A DNA stretch of 60,370 bases. Origin: an uncultured Alphaproteobacteria bacterium. Lineage in GTDB: Bacteria > Pseudomonadota > Alphaproteobacteria > SP197. This document shows positions 1 through 10,238 of this stretch, piece by piece. Under the pieces are notes generated by a model that was not told the origin of the DNA, did no database searches, and saw nothing but the letters and a program-made list of their open reading frames with translations. The number at the start of each line of letters is the position of its first letter. Within the stretch, counting starts at the first letter, position 1. The stretch spans positions 1-60,370 of the forward strand of contig CALIUG010000048.1 in the NCBI GenBank assembly GCA_938048755.1. Reading direction: 5' to 3'. The position numbers and the translations under genes are program-made.

Positions 1-1
1 G

Positions 2-901
2 AAGCAGTATCAGATGGCTCGGCGTTTCGACGACAAACGCCATCCCTGCATGCGCTACTTCATTGGTGACGTGCGCGATGTTGATCGCCTGGAAATGGCC
101 ATGCGCGATGTCGATATCGTGGTGCATGCTGCCGCGCTGAAGCATGTGCCGGCAGCCGAATACAATCCGTTCGAGTGCATCATGACGAACATCCATGGTG
201 CCGAAAATGTCGTGAAGGCCTCCCTGCGCACCGGGGTCCAGCGCGTCGCCGTGCTCTCCACGGACAAGGCGGCCAGCCCGATCAACCTTTATGGCGCCTC
301 CAAGCTGGCCTCTGACAAGATCTTCGTGGCGGCCAACAACCTCTCGGGCGATGACGGTGCGTCGTTCTGCGTCGTGCGTTACGGCAATGTGCTGGGTTCG
401 CGCGGCAGCGTCCTGCCGCTCTTCCGCAGTCTGAAGGCCAACAAGGCCGATCATCTCCCCATCACCGATCCGCGCATGACGCGTTTCTGGATTACCCTGG
501 AACAGGGCGTGGCCTTTGTGCTTTCGAGCCTGGCCATGATGCAGGGTGGTGAAATCTTCGTGCCCAAGATCGCAAGTTCGCTGGTCACCGATCTCGCCCA
601 GGCGGTCGCGCCGGAACTGCCCATGCACAATGTCGGCATTCGTATTGGCGAGAAGCTGCACGAGGTGATGATCACCGAGGATGATGCCCGCGCGACGCTG
701 GAACTCGATGACCGGTTCGTGCTGTGCCCCGGCTATGACAACTGGAGTGCGGCCGCCTATGACGCCATGGGTGCGAAAAAGGTTTCCGAAGACTTCCGCT
801 ATGCCAGCAACCAGAACAGCGACGTGCTTGATGCCGAAGGCCTCGCCGCTCTGGTTGAACACGCCGATGCCCATGCCAAAGGCCAGGAGGCCAGCCTATG
901 A
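2..901 (+). CDS. pseB: UDP-N-acetylglucosamine 4,6-dehydratase (inverting), PseB/FlaA1 type; 5' end outside window
   Basis: Frame open from base 2 (KQYQMARRF). Motifs GDVRD, HAAALKHVP, STDKA, YGASK, RYGNVLGSRGSV, MTRFWITL, GEKLHEVM. Confidence 0.92.
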   Translation, partial: KQYQMARRFDDKRHPCMRYFIGDVRDVDRLEMAMRDVDIVVHAAALKHVPAAEYNPFECIMTNIHGAENVVKASLRTGVQRVAVLSTDKAASPINLYGASKLASDKIFVAANNLSGDDGASFCVVRYGNVLGSRGSVLPLFRSLKANKADHLPITDPRMTRFWITLEQGVAFVLSSLAMMQGGEIFVPKIASSLVTDLAQAVAPELPMHNVGIRIGEKLHEVMITEDDARATLELDDRFVLCPGYDNWSAAAYDAMGAKKVSEDFRYASNQNSDVLDAEGLAALVEHADAHAKGQEASL

Positions 902-2073
902 AACACTGCACCCGTTGCGTGATGCCTGAGACTTCCGAGACGCTGGCGTTTGACGGTGGCGGTGTGTGCACGGTCTGCCAGCAGGTTGAATTCAAGCAGA
1001 CAGGCATCGATTGGGATGCCAAGAAAGCCGAGTTTGCGACGCTGGTCGAAGAAGTGCGCGGCAAGCACGATTACGACTGCATCGTGCCGTTCTCCGGCGG
1101 CAAGGATTCAACCTACACGCTCTGGTATCTGGTAAAGGAACTGGGTCTCAAGCCGCTGGTCGTGCGTTTTGACCACGGCTTCATGCGCTCGACCCTGATC
1201 GAGAACAACATCCGCACCTTCCGAAAGCTGGGTTGCGACGTGATGACCTTCACGCCCAACTGGCAGGTCGTGAGGAAACTGATGTTCGAAGCATTGCGCC
1301 GTCGTGCCGATTTCTGCTGGCACTGTCACACCGGCATCTTTGCCTATCCCATGCGTATCGCGGTCGAGAAGCAGGTGCCGCTGGTGATCTGGGGCGAACC
1401 CAGCGCCGAATACGCCTCGTTCTACGGCTATGACGAAGACGAGGAGGTCGACGAGCGGCGTTTCAACACGCTGGTCAATCTGGGCATCAATGCCGAAGAC
1501 ATGGTCGGCATGCTCGACGACACCATCGGCGACTATCCCGTCACCGCACGTGATCTCAAGCCCTATACCTATCCACCGCTGGCCGACCTGCGCCGCCTGC
1601 GCATGCGTTCGGTGTGTCTGGGTTCCTACATTCCATGGGATGTCAGGAAGCAGGTTGATCTGATCAAGGAAGACCTTGGCTGGCAGGGCGAAGAGGTCGA
1701 GGGTGTGCCGCCCGAGTATGACTACGAGAAGATCGAGTGTTTCATGCAGGGCGTGCGTGACTACATCAAGTATCTCAAGCGCGGCTTTGGACGCACGGCC
1801 CATCTGGCTTCGATCGACATCCGCAACGGTCGTCTCAGCCGTGACGAGGGCGAGGCCCTGGTTGCCGCCTATGACGGCAAACGTCCGGGCTCGCTGGATG
1901 TCTTCCTGCATTACCTCGGCATCTCTGAAGCCGACTTCATGGAAATCGTGAACGGTCATGTCGTCAGTCCGCACGAGCCGCTGGATCTCGAATGGGCGCA
2001 GGCCAATGCAATGGAACAGAAGCCATGGGACTTCGAGCAGTGGACCCGTGTCGGCGGTGCCGACGAGGCCTGA
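898..2073 (+). CDS. N-acetyl sugar amidotransferase (PseA/WbpG/WbuX-like, PP-loop ATPase)
   Basis: N-terminal CxxC...CxxC, YDCIVPFSGGKDS PP-loop, KRGFGR, IRNGRLSRDE. ATGA overlap with pseB. Confidence 0.88.
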   Translation: MKHCTRCVMPETSETLAFDGGGVCTVCQQVEFKQTGIDWDAKKAEFATLVEEVRGKHDYDCIVPFSGGKDSTYTLWYLVKELGLKPLVVRFDHGFMRSTLIENNIRTFRKLGCDVMTFTPNWQVVRKLMFEALRRRADFCWHCHTGIFAYPMRIAVEKQVPLVIWGEPSAEYASFYGYDEDEEVDERRFNTLVNLGINAEDMVGMLDDTIGDYPVTARDLKPYTYPPLADLRRLRMRSVCLGSYIPWDVRKQVDLIKEDLGWQGEEVEGVPPEYDYEKIECFMQGVRDYIKYLKRGFGRTAHLASIDIRNGRLSRDEGEALVAAYDGKRPGSLDVFLHYLGISEADFMEIVNGHVVSPHEPLDLEWAQANAMEQKPWDFEQWTRVGGADEA

Positions 2074-2094
2074 TCCAGTCCGGCGACTGAGACC

Positions 2095-2715
2095 ATGAAT
2101 GTCACCATTGTCGATTACGGAGCAGGCAACCTGCGTTCGGTCGCTAATGCCTTCTATCTGGCAGGCGCCGATCCGGTTCTTGCGAGCAACCCCGACGAGG
2201 TTGCCGGCAGCGAACGCATCGTGCTGCCCGGCGTCGGAGCCGCCGGACCCGCCATGCTTGCCCTGCGGCAGTCGGGCATGGCCGAGGCGCTCAACATCGC
2301 GCGCATGCGCGGCACCCCCATCATGGGCATCTGTCTCGGCATGCAGATGATGGCCGAACGCCTGGAAGAATATGGCAGCCATACCGGTCTGGGTTGGATC
2401 CCAGGCCATGCAGGGCCCATCGAAGACAACACCAATCTGCCCTGCCGCGTGCCCCATACCGGGTGGAGCGAGATTTCCACGACCCCTGCGGCTGATGGGC
2501 TGATCGGGCGCGGTGCGCGTGACCGCTTTGTCTATTTCTGTCACAGCAACTGTCTCATCACGGATGAAGAGGTCGTTGCCGCGACGGTCGAATGCGGTGG
2601 CCCCATCGTCGCGGCGATTTGTCATGAGACACTGTTTGCCGTGCAGTTCCACCCTGAGAAAAGCCAGCTTGGCGGTGAGCGCGTCCTGCAGGGTTTTCTG
2701 GACTGGAAGCCCTGA
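2095..2715 (+). CDS. HisH-like glutamine amidotransferase subunit (WbuY-like)
   Basis: IVDYGAGNLRSV, LPGVG, GICLGMQ (catalytic Cys), QFHPEKS (His-Glu). Confidence 0.9.
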   Translation: MNVTIVDYGAGNLRSVANAFYLAGADPVLASNPDEVAGSERIVLPGVGAAGPAMLALRQSGMAEALNIARMRGTPIMGICLGMQMMAERLEEYGSHTGLGWIPGHAGPIEDNTNLPCRVPHTGWSEISTTPAADGLIGRGARDRFVYFCHSNCLITDEEVVAATVECGGPIVAAICHETLFAVQFHPEKSQLGGERVLQGFLDWKP

Positions 2716-2719
2716 GGCC

Positions 2720-3475
2720 TTGCCGCAGAACCGCATCATTCCAAGCCTGCTTCTGCGTGGCGGACGCCTGGTGAAGGGCGAGGGCTTTCGAGATCACCGC
2801 GACGCCGGCGCGCCGCCTTCAACAGCACGCGCCCACAATGCACAGGGTGCCGACGAACTGGTGGTGCTCGACATCGACGCCAACCGCGAAGCGCGCGCGC
2901 CTGACCTTGAGATCTTTCGCGCCATCGCCTCGGAAATCCAGATTCCGCTCACCGTCGGCGGTGGTGTCCGTGATGTCGCAACAGCGCGCCAGGCCATGGA
3001 TGCCGGAGCCGACAAGATCATGGTGACGACAACCGCGCTGGACCGGCCCGAACTCATCACCGAACTTGCCGAACTGTTCGGACGTCAGGCCGTCGTACTG
3101 GGTGTTGATGTCCTGTTGAACGACGACGCTGGAACCCTGTTTGACCATCGCACCGGCAAGACGGCAGGCACTGGCGACTGGCTTGGCTGGATGCGTGACG
3201 GCATCCGCCGCGGCGCCGGTGAGATCCGTTTGATGGCGGTGGATCGTGAAGGCGCGCGCTCCGGCCTTGCCCTCGATCTTCATGCGCGGGCGCGTACTTC
3301 GGTCAACGTCCCGATCATCCTGGAAGGTGGTGCCGGAACGCTCGATCATCTGACCCAGGCCATGGCTGCTGGCGCGGATTCGCTGGCGCTGGGCACCATG
3401 CTGGTCTTTTCTGACAACAACCTCGTGAAGCTGAAACGGGTACTGGCGCAAGCCGGACACCCGATGCGCCCATGA
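2720..3475 (+). CDS. HisF-like cyclase/ammonia-channel subunit (WbuZ-like)
   Basis: Probable TTG start at 2720 (LPQNRIIPSLLL...LVKG), GADELVVLDI, IPLTVGGGV, GAGEI, VPIILEGGAG. The ORF-track start at 2513 overlaps the HisH-like gene and is unlikely. Confidence 0.85.
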   Translation: MPQNRIIPSLLLRGGRLVKGEGFRDHRDAGAPPSTARAHNAQGADELVVLDIDANREARAPDLEIFRAIASEIQIPLTVGGGVRDVATARQAMDAGADKIMVTTTALDRPELITELAELFGRQAVVLGVDVLLNDDAGTLFDHRTGKTAGTGDWLGWMRDGIRRGAGEIRLMAVDREGARSGLALDLHARARTSVNVPIILEGGAGTLDHLTQAMAAGADSLALGTMLVFSDNNLVKLKRVLAQAGHPMRP

Positions 3476-4440
3476 AGAACCGGCTTGTCGGCGTATTGGG
3501 TCTGGGCTCCATCGGCATGCGCCATGCGCAGAACCTGATGGCGCTTCATTGTGATGTGATCGGCTTCGATCCCGATCCGGCAAGCCGTGCGCGTCTGGCT
3601 GCGGCCGGAGGTCGTGTTGCCGAAGACCGTCAGGCCGCGCTGAAGGCCTGTCAGGCCGTGGTCATCGCCACCCCCAATGCCAGTCACGCCGGCGATCTTG
3701 ATGCTGCGATCGGTGCAGGCCGTCATGTCTTTGCCGAGAAGCCGCTGGCACACGATGCTGCCGGACTCGACGCCTTGCTGGCCAAAGCAGCCCAAAGCAA
3801 TCTCACGGTCTTTGCCGCCTTCATGCTGCGTTACCACCCCGTGGTCGAGCGCATGAAGGCGCTGCTCGATGACGGTGCCATTGGTGAGGTCTGGGGCATG
3901 CGTGCTGCCTGTGGTTCGTGGCTGCCCTCCTGGCGGCCCGGCCAGGATTACCGTCAGGGTTATGCCGCCGACCCGGTCACGGGCGGGGTCATTCACGATA
4001 TCGTCCATGAGATCGATCTGGCCTGTCATCTGCTGGGGCAGGGCAGGGTTGCCTTCTGTGTCGCGCGCAGCAGCGGTCAGCTTGATATGCCCAGCGAGGA
4101 CATCGCCGATCTGGTCCTTGCCCATGCCGGCGGGGCATCCAGCAGCCTGCATCTCGACTATCTCGCCCGTCCCCCCGTGCGCCAGGGCAGTGTCTCGGGT
4201 ACGCGGGGCACCCTGTTCTATGACCTCAATGCCAGGACCCTGCGTCATCTCGATGCCGAGGGTTCCCAAGTGGAAGCCATGACTGCGCCCGGGGCATGGG
4301 CGGACGACTATGTTGCCGAGATGCAGGATTTTCTGGACTGCCTGGACGGCCAATCCGCGCCGCGTTGTGATGGCGCAGAAGCCTTGCAGGTTCTCCACAC
4401 CACCCTTCAGGCACGTGCTATGGCAGGGCTGCCCCAATGA
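3472..4440 (+). CDS. Gfo/Idh/MocA family NAD(P)-dependent oxidoreductase
   Basis: GLGSIG Rossmann motif, IATPNASH, EKPL, WRPGQDYR, GGVIHDIVHEID. Confidence 0.88.
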   Translation: MKNRLVGVLGLGSIGMRHAQNLMALHCDVIGFDPDPASRARLAAAGGRVAEDRQAALKACQAVVIATPNASHAGDLDAAIGAGRHVFAEKPLAHDAAGLDALLAKAAQSNLTVFAAFMLRYHPVVERMKALLDDGAIGEVWGMRAACGSWLPSWRPGQDYRQGYAADPVTGGVIHDIVHEIDLACHLLGQGRVAFCVARSSGQLDMPSEDIADLVLAHAGGASSSLHLDYLARPPVRQGSVSGTRGTLFYDLNARTLRHLDAEGSQVEAMTAPGAWADDYVAEMQDFLDCLDGQSAPRCDGAEALQVLHTTLQARAMAGLPQ

Positions 4441-6488
4441 CGACGCTGGCGATCATTCAGGCCCGCATGGGCTCGGCCCGCCTTCCCGGCAAGATGCTGA
4501 TGGATCTGGCGGGACGCCCGGTTCTGGCCCATGTCGTTGCGGCCGCACGCGCCATTGCCGGGGTCGACAAGGTTGTGGTGGCGACCTCCGTGGAAGTCGG
4601 CGACGATGCCCTGGCGCAATGGTGCGATGACCATGATGTCGCCTGCTTCCGTGGCAGCGAGAAGGATGTGCTCGAACGGTTTACCGGAGCCGCGCGCGCC
4701 CATGGTGCCGATGTGGTGTTGCGCCTGACGGGCGATTGCCCGCTGCTCGACCCCGAGATTGCCGGGCAGGTTCTGGCCCTGCTGATCGAAGGTGGTGCTG
4801 ACTATGCCAGCAACGTCGATCCGGCAAGCTGGCCTGATGGCCTCGATTGTGAAGCCATGACCATGGCGGCCCTGGAAACGGCTGCTGCCGAGGCACGCCG
4901 TCCTTCGGACCGTGAACATGTCACGCCGTTTCTGCGCAACACCAAGGCGCGCTTCTCGACCCTGAACCTGACCTGTTCTGTTCCCGGTCTGGCGTGGCAT
5001 CGTTGGACGCTCGACAAAGCCGACGACCTGGCCTTCCTGGAAAAGGTCGCGGCACATCTGCCCGGGGATCGTCCGGTTTCGATGACAGCCGTGCTCGCGA
5101 TCCTGCGTGACCATCCCGAACTGGTGCACGGCAACCGTGCCGCACGGAACGAGGGGTTTGATGCCTCGGTTGCCGCCGAACCGCTGGACCGAGAGCGTAC
5201 ATACGAGGCCTCGCACAAGATGCTGACCCGGGCCGAAGCGGTCGTGCCGTTGGGCTCTCAGACCTTCTCCAAGAGCCGTATCCAGCTTCCGCCGGGCGAA
5301 TCACCTCTGTTCCTGACCCACGGCGAAGGCGGCCGGGTCTGGGATGTCGATGGCAACGAATATGTCGACATGGTCAGTGGCCTGCTGCCGGTCGTGCTGG
5401 GTTATCGCGACCCTGATGTCGACCGGGCCGTGCGTCGTCAGCTCGATTGTGGCATCAGCTTCAGTCTGGCGACCAAAATGGAAAGCGATCTGGCCGAGCG
5501 CCTGATCCGTCATGTGCCCTCGGCCGAGATGGTCCGGTTTGGCAAGAACGGCACCGATGCCACCAGTGCCTGCATCCGCCTGGCGCGCGCGTTCACAGGG
5601 CGCGACCGGATCGCGCTGTGTGGCTATCACGGCTGGCAGGACTGGTATGTCGGTGCGACGACACGCAACCGCGGCATTCCAAAGGCCGTGAGCGAGCTCT
5701 CGCACATGGTGGCCTATGGTGACCTTGAAGCCGTCGACCAGTTGATGTCGCAACATCCAGGAGAGTTCGCCTGCCTGATCCTGGAGCCGACCAACGTGGT
5801 GGAGCCGCCCGAGGGTTATCTCGAAACCCTGCGTGATCTCGTGCACAGCCATGGCGCCCTCCTGGTGTTTGATGAGGTCATCACCGGATTCCGCTGGGCG
5901 CTGGGCGGGGCGCAGGCCTATTACGGCATCACGCCGGACCTCTCGGCCTTTGGCAAGGCCATGGCCAACGGTTTGCCGATTTGCGCCGTCGTCGGGCGCG
6001 CGGACATCATGATGGTGATGGAGGAAATCTTCTTCTCCTCGACCTTCGGCGGCGAGGCGCTTTCGCTTGCCGGAGCCATTGCCACCGTCGACAAGCTGGA
6101 AGACGAGCACGTGCCGGCCCTGCTGTGGCAGAAAGGTGCGCAGTTGATGGCCGATGCCCGCGCCATCACGGCGCGCCATGGCGTCGAGGATGCGTTGGGT
6201 CTGGTCGGGTCCGCGCCCTGGGCCATCCTCTCCTATCGCGATCATGAGGGCGGCAGCGCGGCGGCCGTGAAGACGCTGTTCCTGCGTGAAATGATCGCTT
6301 CGGGCGTGCTGATCAACGCCAGCCACAATGTCAGCTTTGCCCATGACCGGGCCGACATGGCCCGGGTCCTGGCTGCCTGGGATCATGCCGCGGGCGTGCT
6401 GGCCGGGGAGCTTGCACGCGGCGGACTCGACCAGCGGCTCGACAACGGCCTTATCCGCCCGGTCTTTCAGGTCCGGCCCAGCGCGTGA
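4437..6488 (+). CDS. Fusion: SpsF-like cytidylyltransferase + class III PLP aminotransferase (glutamate-1-semialdehyde aminomutase-like)
   Basis: N-terminal IQARMGSARLPGK, GSEKDVL, RLTGDCP, REHVTP. C-terminal WDVDGNEYVD, KNGTDA, FDEVITGFR, FGKAMANG (PLP Lys). Confidence 0.88.
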   Translation: MTTLAIIQARMGSARLPGKMLMDLAGRPVLAHVVAAARAIAGVDKVVVATSVEVGDDALAQWCDDHDVACFRGSEKDVLERFTGAARAHGADVVLRLTGDCPLLDPEIAGQVLALLIEGGADYASNVDPASWPDGLDCEAMTMAALETAAAEARRPSDREHVTPFLRNTKARFSTLNLTCSVPGLAWHRWTLDKADDLAFLEKVAAHLPGDRPVSMTAVLAILRDHPELVHGNRAARNEGFDASVAAEPLDRERTYEASHKMLTRAEAVVPLGSQTFSKSRIQLPPGESPLFLTHGEGGRVWDVDGNEYVDMVSGLLPVVLGYRDPDVDRAVRRQLDCGISFSLATKMESDLAERLIRHVPSAEMVRFGKNGTDATSACIRLARAFTGRDRIALCGYHGWQDWYVGATTRNRGIPKAVSELSHMVAYGDLEAVDQLMSQHPGEFACLILEPTNVVEPPEGYLETLRDLVHSHGALLVFDEVITGFRWALGGAQAYYGITPDLSAFGKAMANGLPICAVVGRADIMMVMEEIFFSSTFGGEALSLAGAIATVDKLEDEHVPALLWQKGAQLMADARAITARHGVEDALGLVGSAPWAILSYRDHEGGSAAAVKTLFLREMIASGVLINASHNVSFAHDRADMARVLAAWDHAAGVLAGELARGGLDQRLDNGLIRPVFQVRPSA

Positions 6489-7699
6489 CGATGTCCGGGT
6501 CAAAACCCTTCATGCCTTACGGGCGTCAGAGCATCGATCAGGCCGATATCGATGCGGTGGTGGCCGTGCTCGAGAGCGACTGGCTGACAACCGGCCCGGC
6601 GGTCGACCGGTTCGAGGAAGCCGCACGCGAGGTGACCGGCGCGCGACACGCGCTGGCCTGCTCCAACGGTACGGCCGGGCTTCATCTGGCAACCCTTGCG
6701 TTGGAACTGGGGTCGGGTGATGCCCTGATCGTACCCACCCTGACCTTCCTGGCGACAGCCAACTGCGCACGCTACGTCGGTGCCGAGGTCATCTTTGCCG
6801 ATGTCGACCCCGAGACAGCCCTGATCGAGCCCCATCATCTTGAAGAGGCGCTTGCCCGTGCCGGTGACCTGCGGCCCGTCGCGGTGGCACCGGTGCATTT
6901 CGGTGGCCAGGTTGCCGACCTTCAGGGGCTGTCAGCCGTCGCCCGGACTTCGGGCCTGCATGTCATGGAAGACGCCTGTCATGCGCTGGGCGGAACCTAT
7001 ACGCATGACGGCAAACAGGTTCGCGTGGGAGCCTGCGCCGACAGCGATCTTGCGGTGTTCTCCCTGCACCCGGTCAAGACCGCGACCATGGCTGAGGGCG
7101 GCATTGTCACCACCAACGACGACCGCCTTGCCGAGCGGGTTGCGCGCCTGCGCACCCACGGCACCATTCGTGAACCCTCGGGCTGGAGCGACCGTGACCA
7201 GGGATTCACCGATGGGATGGCGAACGCCTGGTACTACGAAATGCCAGAGGTCGGCCTGAACTATCGGGCTAGCGATCTTCATTGCGCGCTTGGTGCGACG
7301 CAGCTTTCCAGGCTGAATCATTTCGTCACGCGCCGGGCGGAACTGGTCGCGGCCTACGATGCCGCGCTTGCTCCGTTCTCGCCCGCCATCCGTCCTGTGG
7401 GGCGTCGTCCGGATCAAATGCCGGGCTGGCATCTCTTTATCGCGCTCATTGATTTCGAAGCGTTGGGCACGACCCGTGCCGCGGTGATGGCGGCGCTGCG
7501 TGAAGAGGGGATCGGCACACAGGTGCATTACCTCCCGGTGCATCGTCAGCCCTACTATCGGGACCGCTATGGCAGCCTTGATCTTCCCGGTGCCGATGCC
7601 TTTTACGAACGCTGCCTCAGCCTGCCGCTGTTTCCCGGCATGGAAGACGATGACGTCCGCCGCGTGGTCGAGGCACTGACAAGGGCCTGCGGGCTGTGA
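6485..7699 (+). CDS. pseC: UDP-4-amino-4,6-dideoxy-N-acetyl-beta-L-altrosamine transaminase (DegT family)
   Basis: PYGRQSID, SDWLTTGP, EDACHALG, SLHPVKTAT.AEGG, WYYEM..GLNYR, IGTQVHYLPVH. Start may be ATG 6491. Confidence 0.88.
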   Translation: MTMSGSKPFMPYGRQSIDQADIDAVVAVLESDWLTTGPAVDRFEEAAREVTGARHALACSNGTAGLHLATLALELGSGDALIVPTLTFLATANCARYVGAEVIFADVDPETALIEPHHLEEALARAGDLRPVAVAPVHFGGQVADLQGLSAVARTSGLHVMEDACHALGGTYTHDGKQVRVGACADSDLAVFSLHPVKTATMAEGGIVTTNDDRLAERVARLRTHGTIREPSGWSDRDQGFTDGMANAWYYEMPEVGLNYRASDLHCALGATQLSRLNHFVTRRAELVAAYDAALAPFSPAIRPVGRRPDQMPGWHLFIALIDFEALGTTRAAVMAALREEGIGTQVHYLPVHRQPYYRDRYGSLDLPGADAFYERCLSLPLFPGMEDDDVRRVVEALTRACGL

Positions 7700-9180
7700 A
7701 ACAACCGCTCATTGTTTTCCGCTGTGACGCAGGCCCGGTGCACGGAACCGGGCATGTGCGGCGGTGCCTTTCGCTTGCCCGTGTCTTTCGGAATGCTGGC
7801 TGGCGCGCCGTGTTCATGACCGATCTCGCCAGTCCCGAATATGTTCCCGAACTCGAGGCCCAGGGGGACGATCTTCTCCTGATCAATGGCGACGATCCCG
7901 TTGATGAGCAGGCCATGCATCTCCTGGCGCCAGAATCAGAGGGGGTCCAGGTGCTGGTCGCGGATAACTACGAACTCGATGCCCGCTTCGAGCGTGCGTG
8001 CCGGCCCATGACCGATGTTCTGGTGGCGCTCGACGACCTTGCCGACCGCCCGCGTGATGCTGATGTCCTCTTCGACTCGGCCCTGGGTCGTGAAGCATCC
8101 GACTATGCCGGTCTGTTGCCGGAATCCTGCAGGGTGGTGACGGGACCCGGTGTTGCCCTGCTCGCCCCTGATTTCATGGAAATGCGCGCGACCTCGCTCC
8201 TGCGCAGGGAAACACCGGGGCTGGAGAGAATCATGATCAGCCTGGGTGGTGTTGACCCTGGGCCTGTTCTCGAGCGCCTTGTCGATGGTCTCGCCCTGGG
8301 CGGATTCCAGGGCTGGCTGACGGTGGTGCTGGGCCAGGAACTGGAGGTCGCGACCCGATTGCGCGCGCGTTCCGGCGATCCCTTCAAGCTGGAAGTGTCC
8401 GTGGGCGTGCGTGACATGGCGCAGCGGTTGTTCATGACCGACCTTGCCATCGGTGCCGGCGGTTCGTCGGCCTGGGAGCGGTGTGCTTTGGGTGTTCCGA
8501 GTCTTGTGGTCGTCACGGCCCACAATCAGGATTTCATTGCCAGGGGCCTCGCCGAAGCAGGGGCCGTGCAGCTTCTGGGCTGGCATGAAGACGTGACAGC
8601 GGATTCTGTGGCCGCTGCCTTCCGAAATCTTGCGGACGATCCTGCCGGGCTGGCAAAGTTTTCCCAGAATTCAGCCGACCTGTGTGATGGGCGTGGTGGG
8701 GAACGCACGTGGCTTTCCTGTCTGGAGGAGGTCGTGCACGCAGGTCTGGTGACGTTGCGACTGGCAACGCAGGCCGACGAAGACATCGTGCTTGCTTGGC
8801 AGAACGCACCGCAGACGCGGCGCTACGCACACAGTGTCGTCGTGCTGACCCGTGAGGAACATCATGCCTGGTTTGCCGCACGCCTGACCGATCCGGACTG
8901 TCTGCTTTGCATCATCACCTGTGACGGCCAGGACGCAGGTTCGCTGCGTCTTGATCGCAAGGGAACAGGCAGTGACCGGATCGTCTCGATCTACCTTGCG
9001 CCCGAGGCCTATGGCGGGGGTGTGGCGACCGCAGCGCTCACGTTGGCGCAGCGCCTGGCGCCGGGCTGGCGCATGTTGGCCGAGGTTCTGGCCGAGAACG
9101 AGCCCTCACACCGCCTGTTCCAGCGCGCCGGGTTCCGCAGCGATGGCGAAGGTACCTATATCTGGGAGGCTGCCGCATGA
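7696..9180 (+). CDS. pseG: PseG-like UDP-sugar hydrolase fused to a C-terminal GNAT (PseH-like) domain
   Basis: [51 protein letters not shown]. Then a GNAT domain ([26 protein letters not shown]). Confidence 0.85.
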   Translation: MKQPLIVFRCDAGPVHGTGHVRRCLSLARVFRNAGWRAVFMTDLASPEYVPELEAQGDDLLLINGDDPVDEQAMHLLAPESEGVQVLVADNYELDARFERACRPMTDVLVALDDLADRPRDADVLFDSALGREASDYAGLLPESCRVVTGPGVALLAPDFMEMRATSLLRRETPGLERIMISLGGVDPGPVLERLVDGLALGGFQGWLTVVLGQELEVATRLRARSGDPFKLEVSVGVRDMAQRLFMTDLAIGAGGSSAWERCALGVPSLVVVTAHNQDFIARGLAEAGAVQLLGWHEDVTADSVAAAFRNLADDPAGLAKFSQNSADLCDGRGGERTWLSCLEEVVHAGLVTLRLATQADEDIVLAWQNAPQTRRYAHSVVVLTREEHHAWFAARLTDPDCLLCIITCDGQDAGSLRLDRKGTGSDRIVSIYLAPEAYGGGVATAALTLAQRLAPGWRMLAEVLAENEPSHRLFQRAGFRSDGEGTYIWEAAA

Positions 9181-10238
9181 GCGAGACGACCGTCACCATC
9201 GCCGGACGGCCCATCGGGCCGGGCCATCGCCCCTATGTCATTGCCGAGCTGTCAGGCAACCACAATGGCGAGCTTTCACGCGCCCTGGAGATCATGGAAG
9301 CCTCGGCGAACGCCGGTGCCGATGCGATCAAGCTGCAGACCTATACGGCTGACACCATCACCATCGATTGCGATGCCGACGACTTCACGATCAAGGGCGG
9401 GTTGTGGGACGGACGCACGTTGTATGAGCTCTATCAGGAAGCCCACACCCCCTGGGACTGGCATGAAGCGTTGTTTGCCAAGGGCCGGGAACTGGGTGTC
9501 GCGGTCTTTTCGTCGCCCTTCGACGATACCGCCGTGGATTTTCTCGAAGGGTTTGATGCCCCGGCCTACAAGATCGCGTCGTTCGAGGCGGTCGATCACG
9601 AACTGATCGCCAAGGCCGCGTCGACCGGCAAGCCGATGATCATGTCGACCGGCATTGCCGACAGCGACGAGATTGCCGAGGCGGTTGCCGTTGCGCGTGG
9701 TGCCGGCTGCCGGGAACTGTTGCTGCTCCACTGTGTCAGCGGGTATCCCGCTCCGGTCGGCGACAGCAATCTTGCAACGATCCCCGATATGGCCGCGACC
9801 TTCGGCACCGCCGTGGGCCTTTCGGATCACACGCCGGGCACGGCGGTTTCCGTCGCTTCGATTGTTCTGGGCGCCTGCGCCATCGAGAAACACGTGACCC
9901 TGCGCCGGTCCGATGGCGGCCCGGACGCTGCCTTTTCGCTGGAGCCTGATGAGCTTGCCGTGCTGTGCCGCGATGTCGCCATGGCCTGGGAGTCGCTGGG
10001 CAAGATCGATTACGGCCTCAAGTCGAGCGAGCAGGGCAACCGTGCGTTTCGCCGCTCGATCTATGCCGTGGCCGATCTTGCTGCCGGTGAGGTGCTCACG
10101 CGCGAGAATGTCCGTGTCATCCGTCCAGGCCACGGTCTTGCGCCCAAGCATCTGCCGGCCGTTCTGGGTCGTACTGCACGGCGTGCCATCAAACGCGGCA
10201 CGCCCATCACAACTGATCTGCTGGATGAAACGTCATGA
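9177..10238 (+). CDS. pseI: Pseudaminic acid synthase (NeuB family with SAF domain)
   Basis: [73 protein letters not shown]. Confidence 0.92.
   Translation: MSETTVTIAGRPIGPGHRPYVIAELSGNHNGELSRALEIMEASANAGADAIKLQTYTADTITIDCDADDFTIKGGLWDGRTLYELYQEAHTPWDWHEALFAKGRELGVAVFSSPFDDTAVDFLEGFDAPAYKIASFEAVDHELIAKAASTGKPMIMSTGIADSDEIAEAVAVARGAGCRELLLLHCVSGYPAPVGDSNLATIPDMAATFGTAVGLSDHTPGTAVSVASIVLGACAIEKHVTLRRSDGGPDAAFSLEPDELAVLCRDVAMAWESLGKIDYGLKSSEQGNRAFRRSIYAVADLAAGEVLTRENVRVIRPGHGLAPKHLPAVLGRTARRAIKRGTPITTDLLDETS

Noticed and set aside
2095-3475. Histidine biosynthesis operon
   Set aside because: No other his genes are present, and the pair follows a sugar amidotransferase in a glycan locus.
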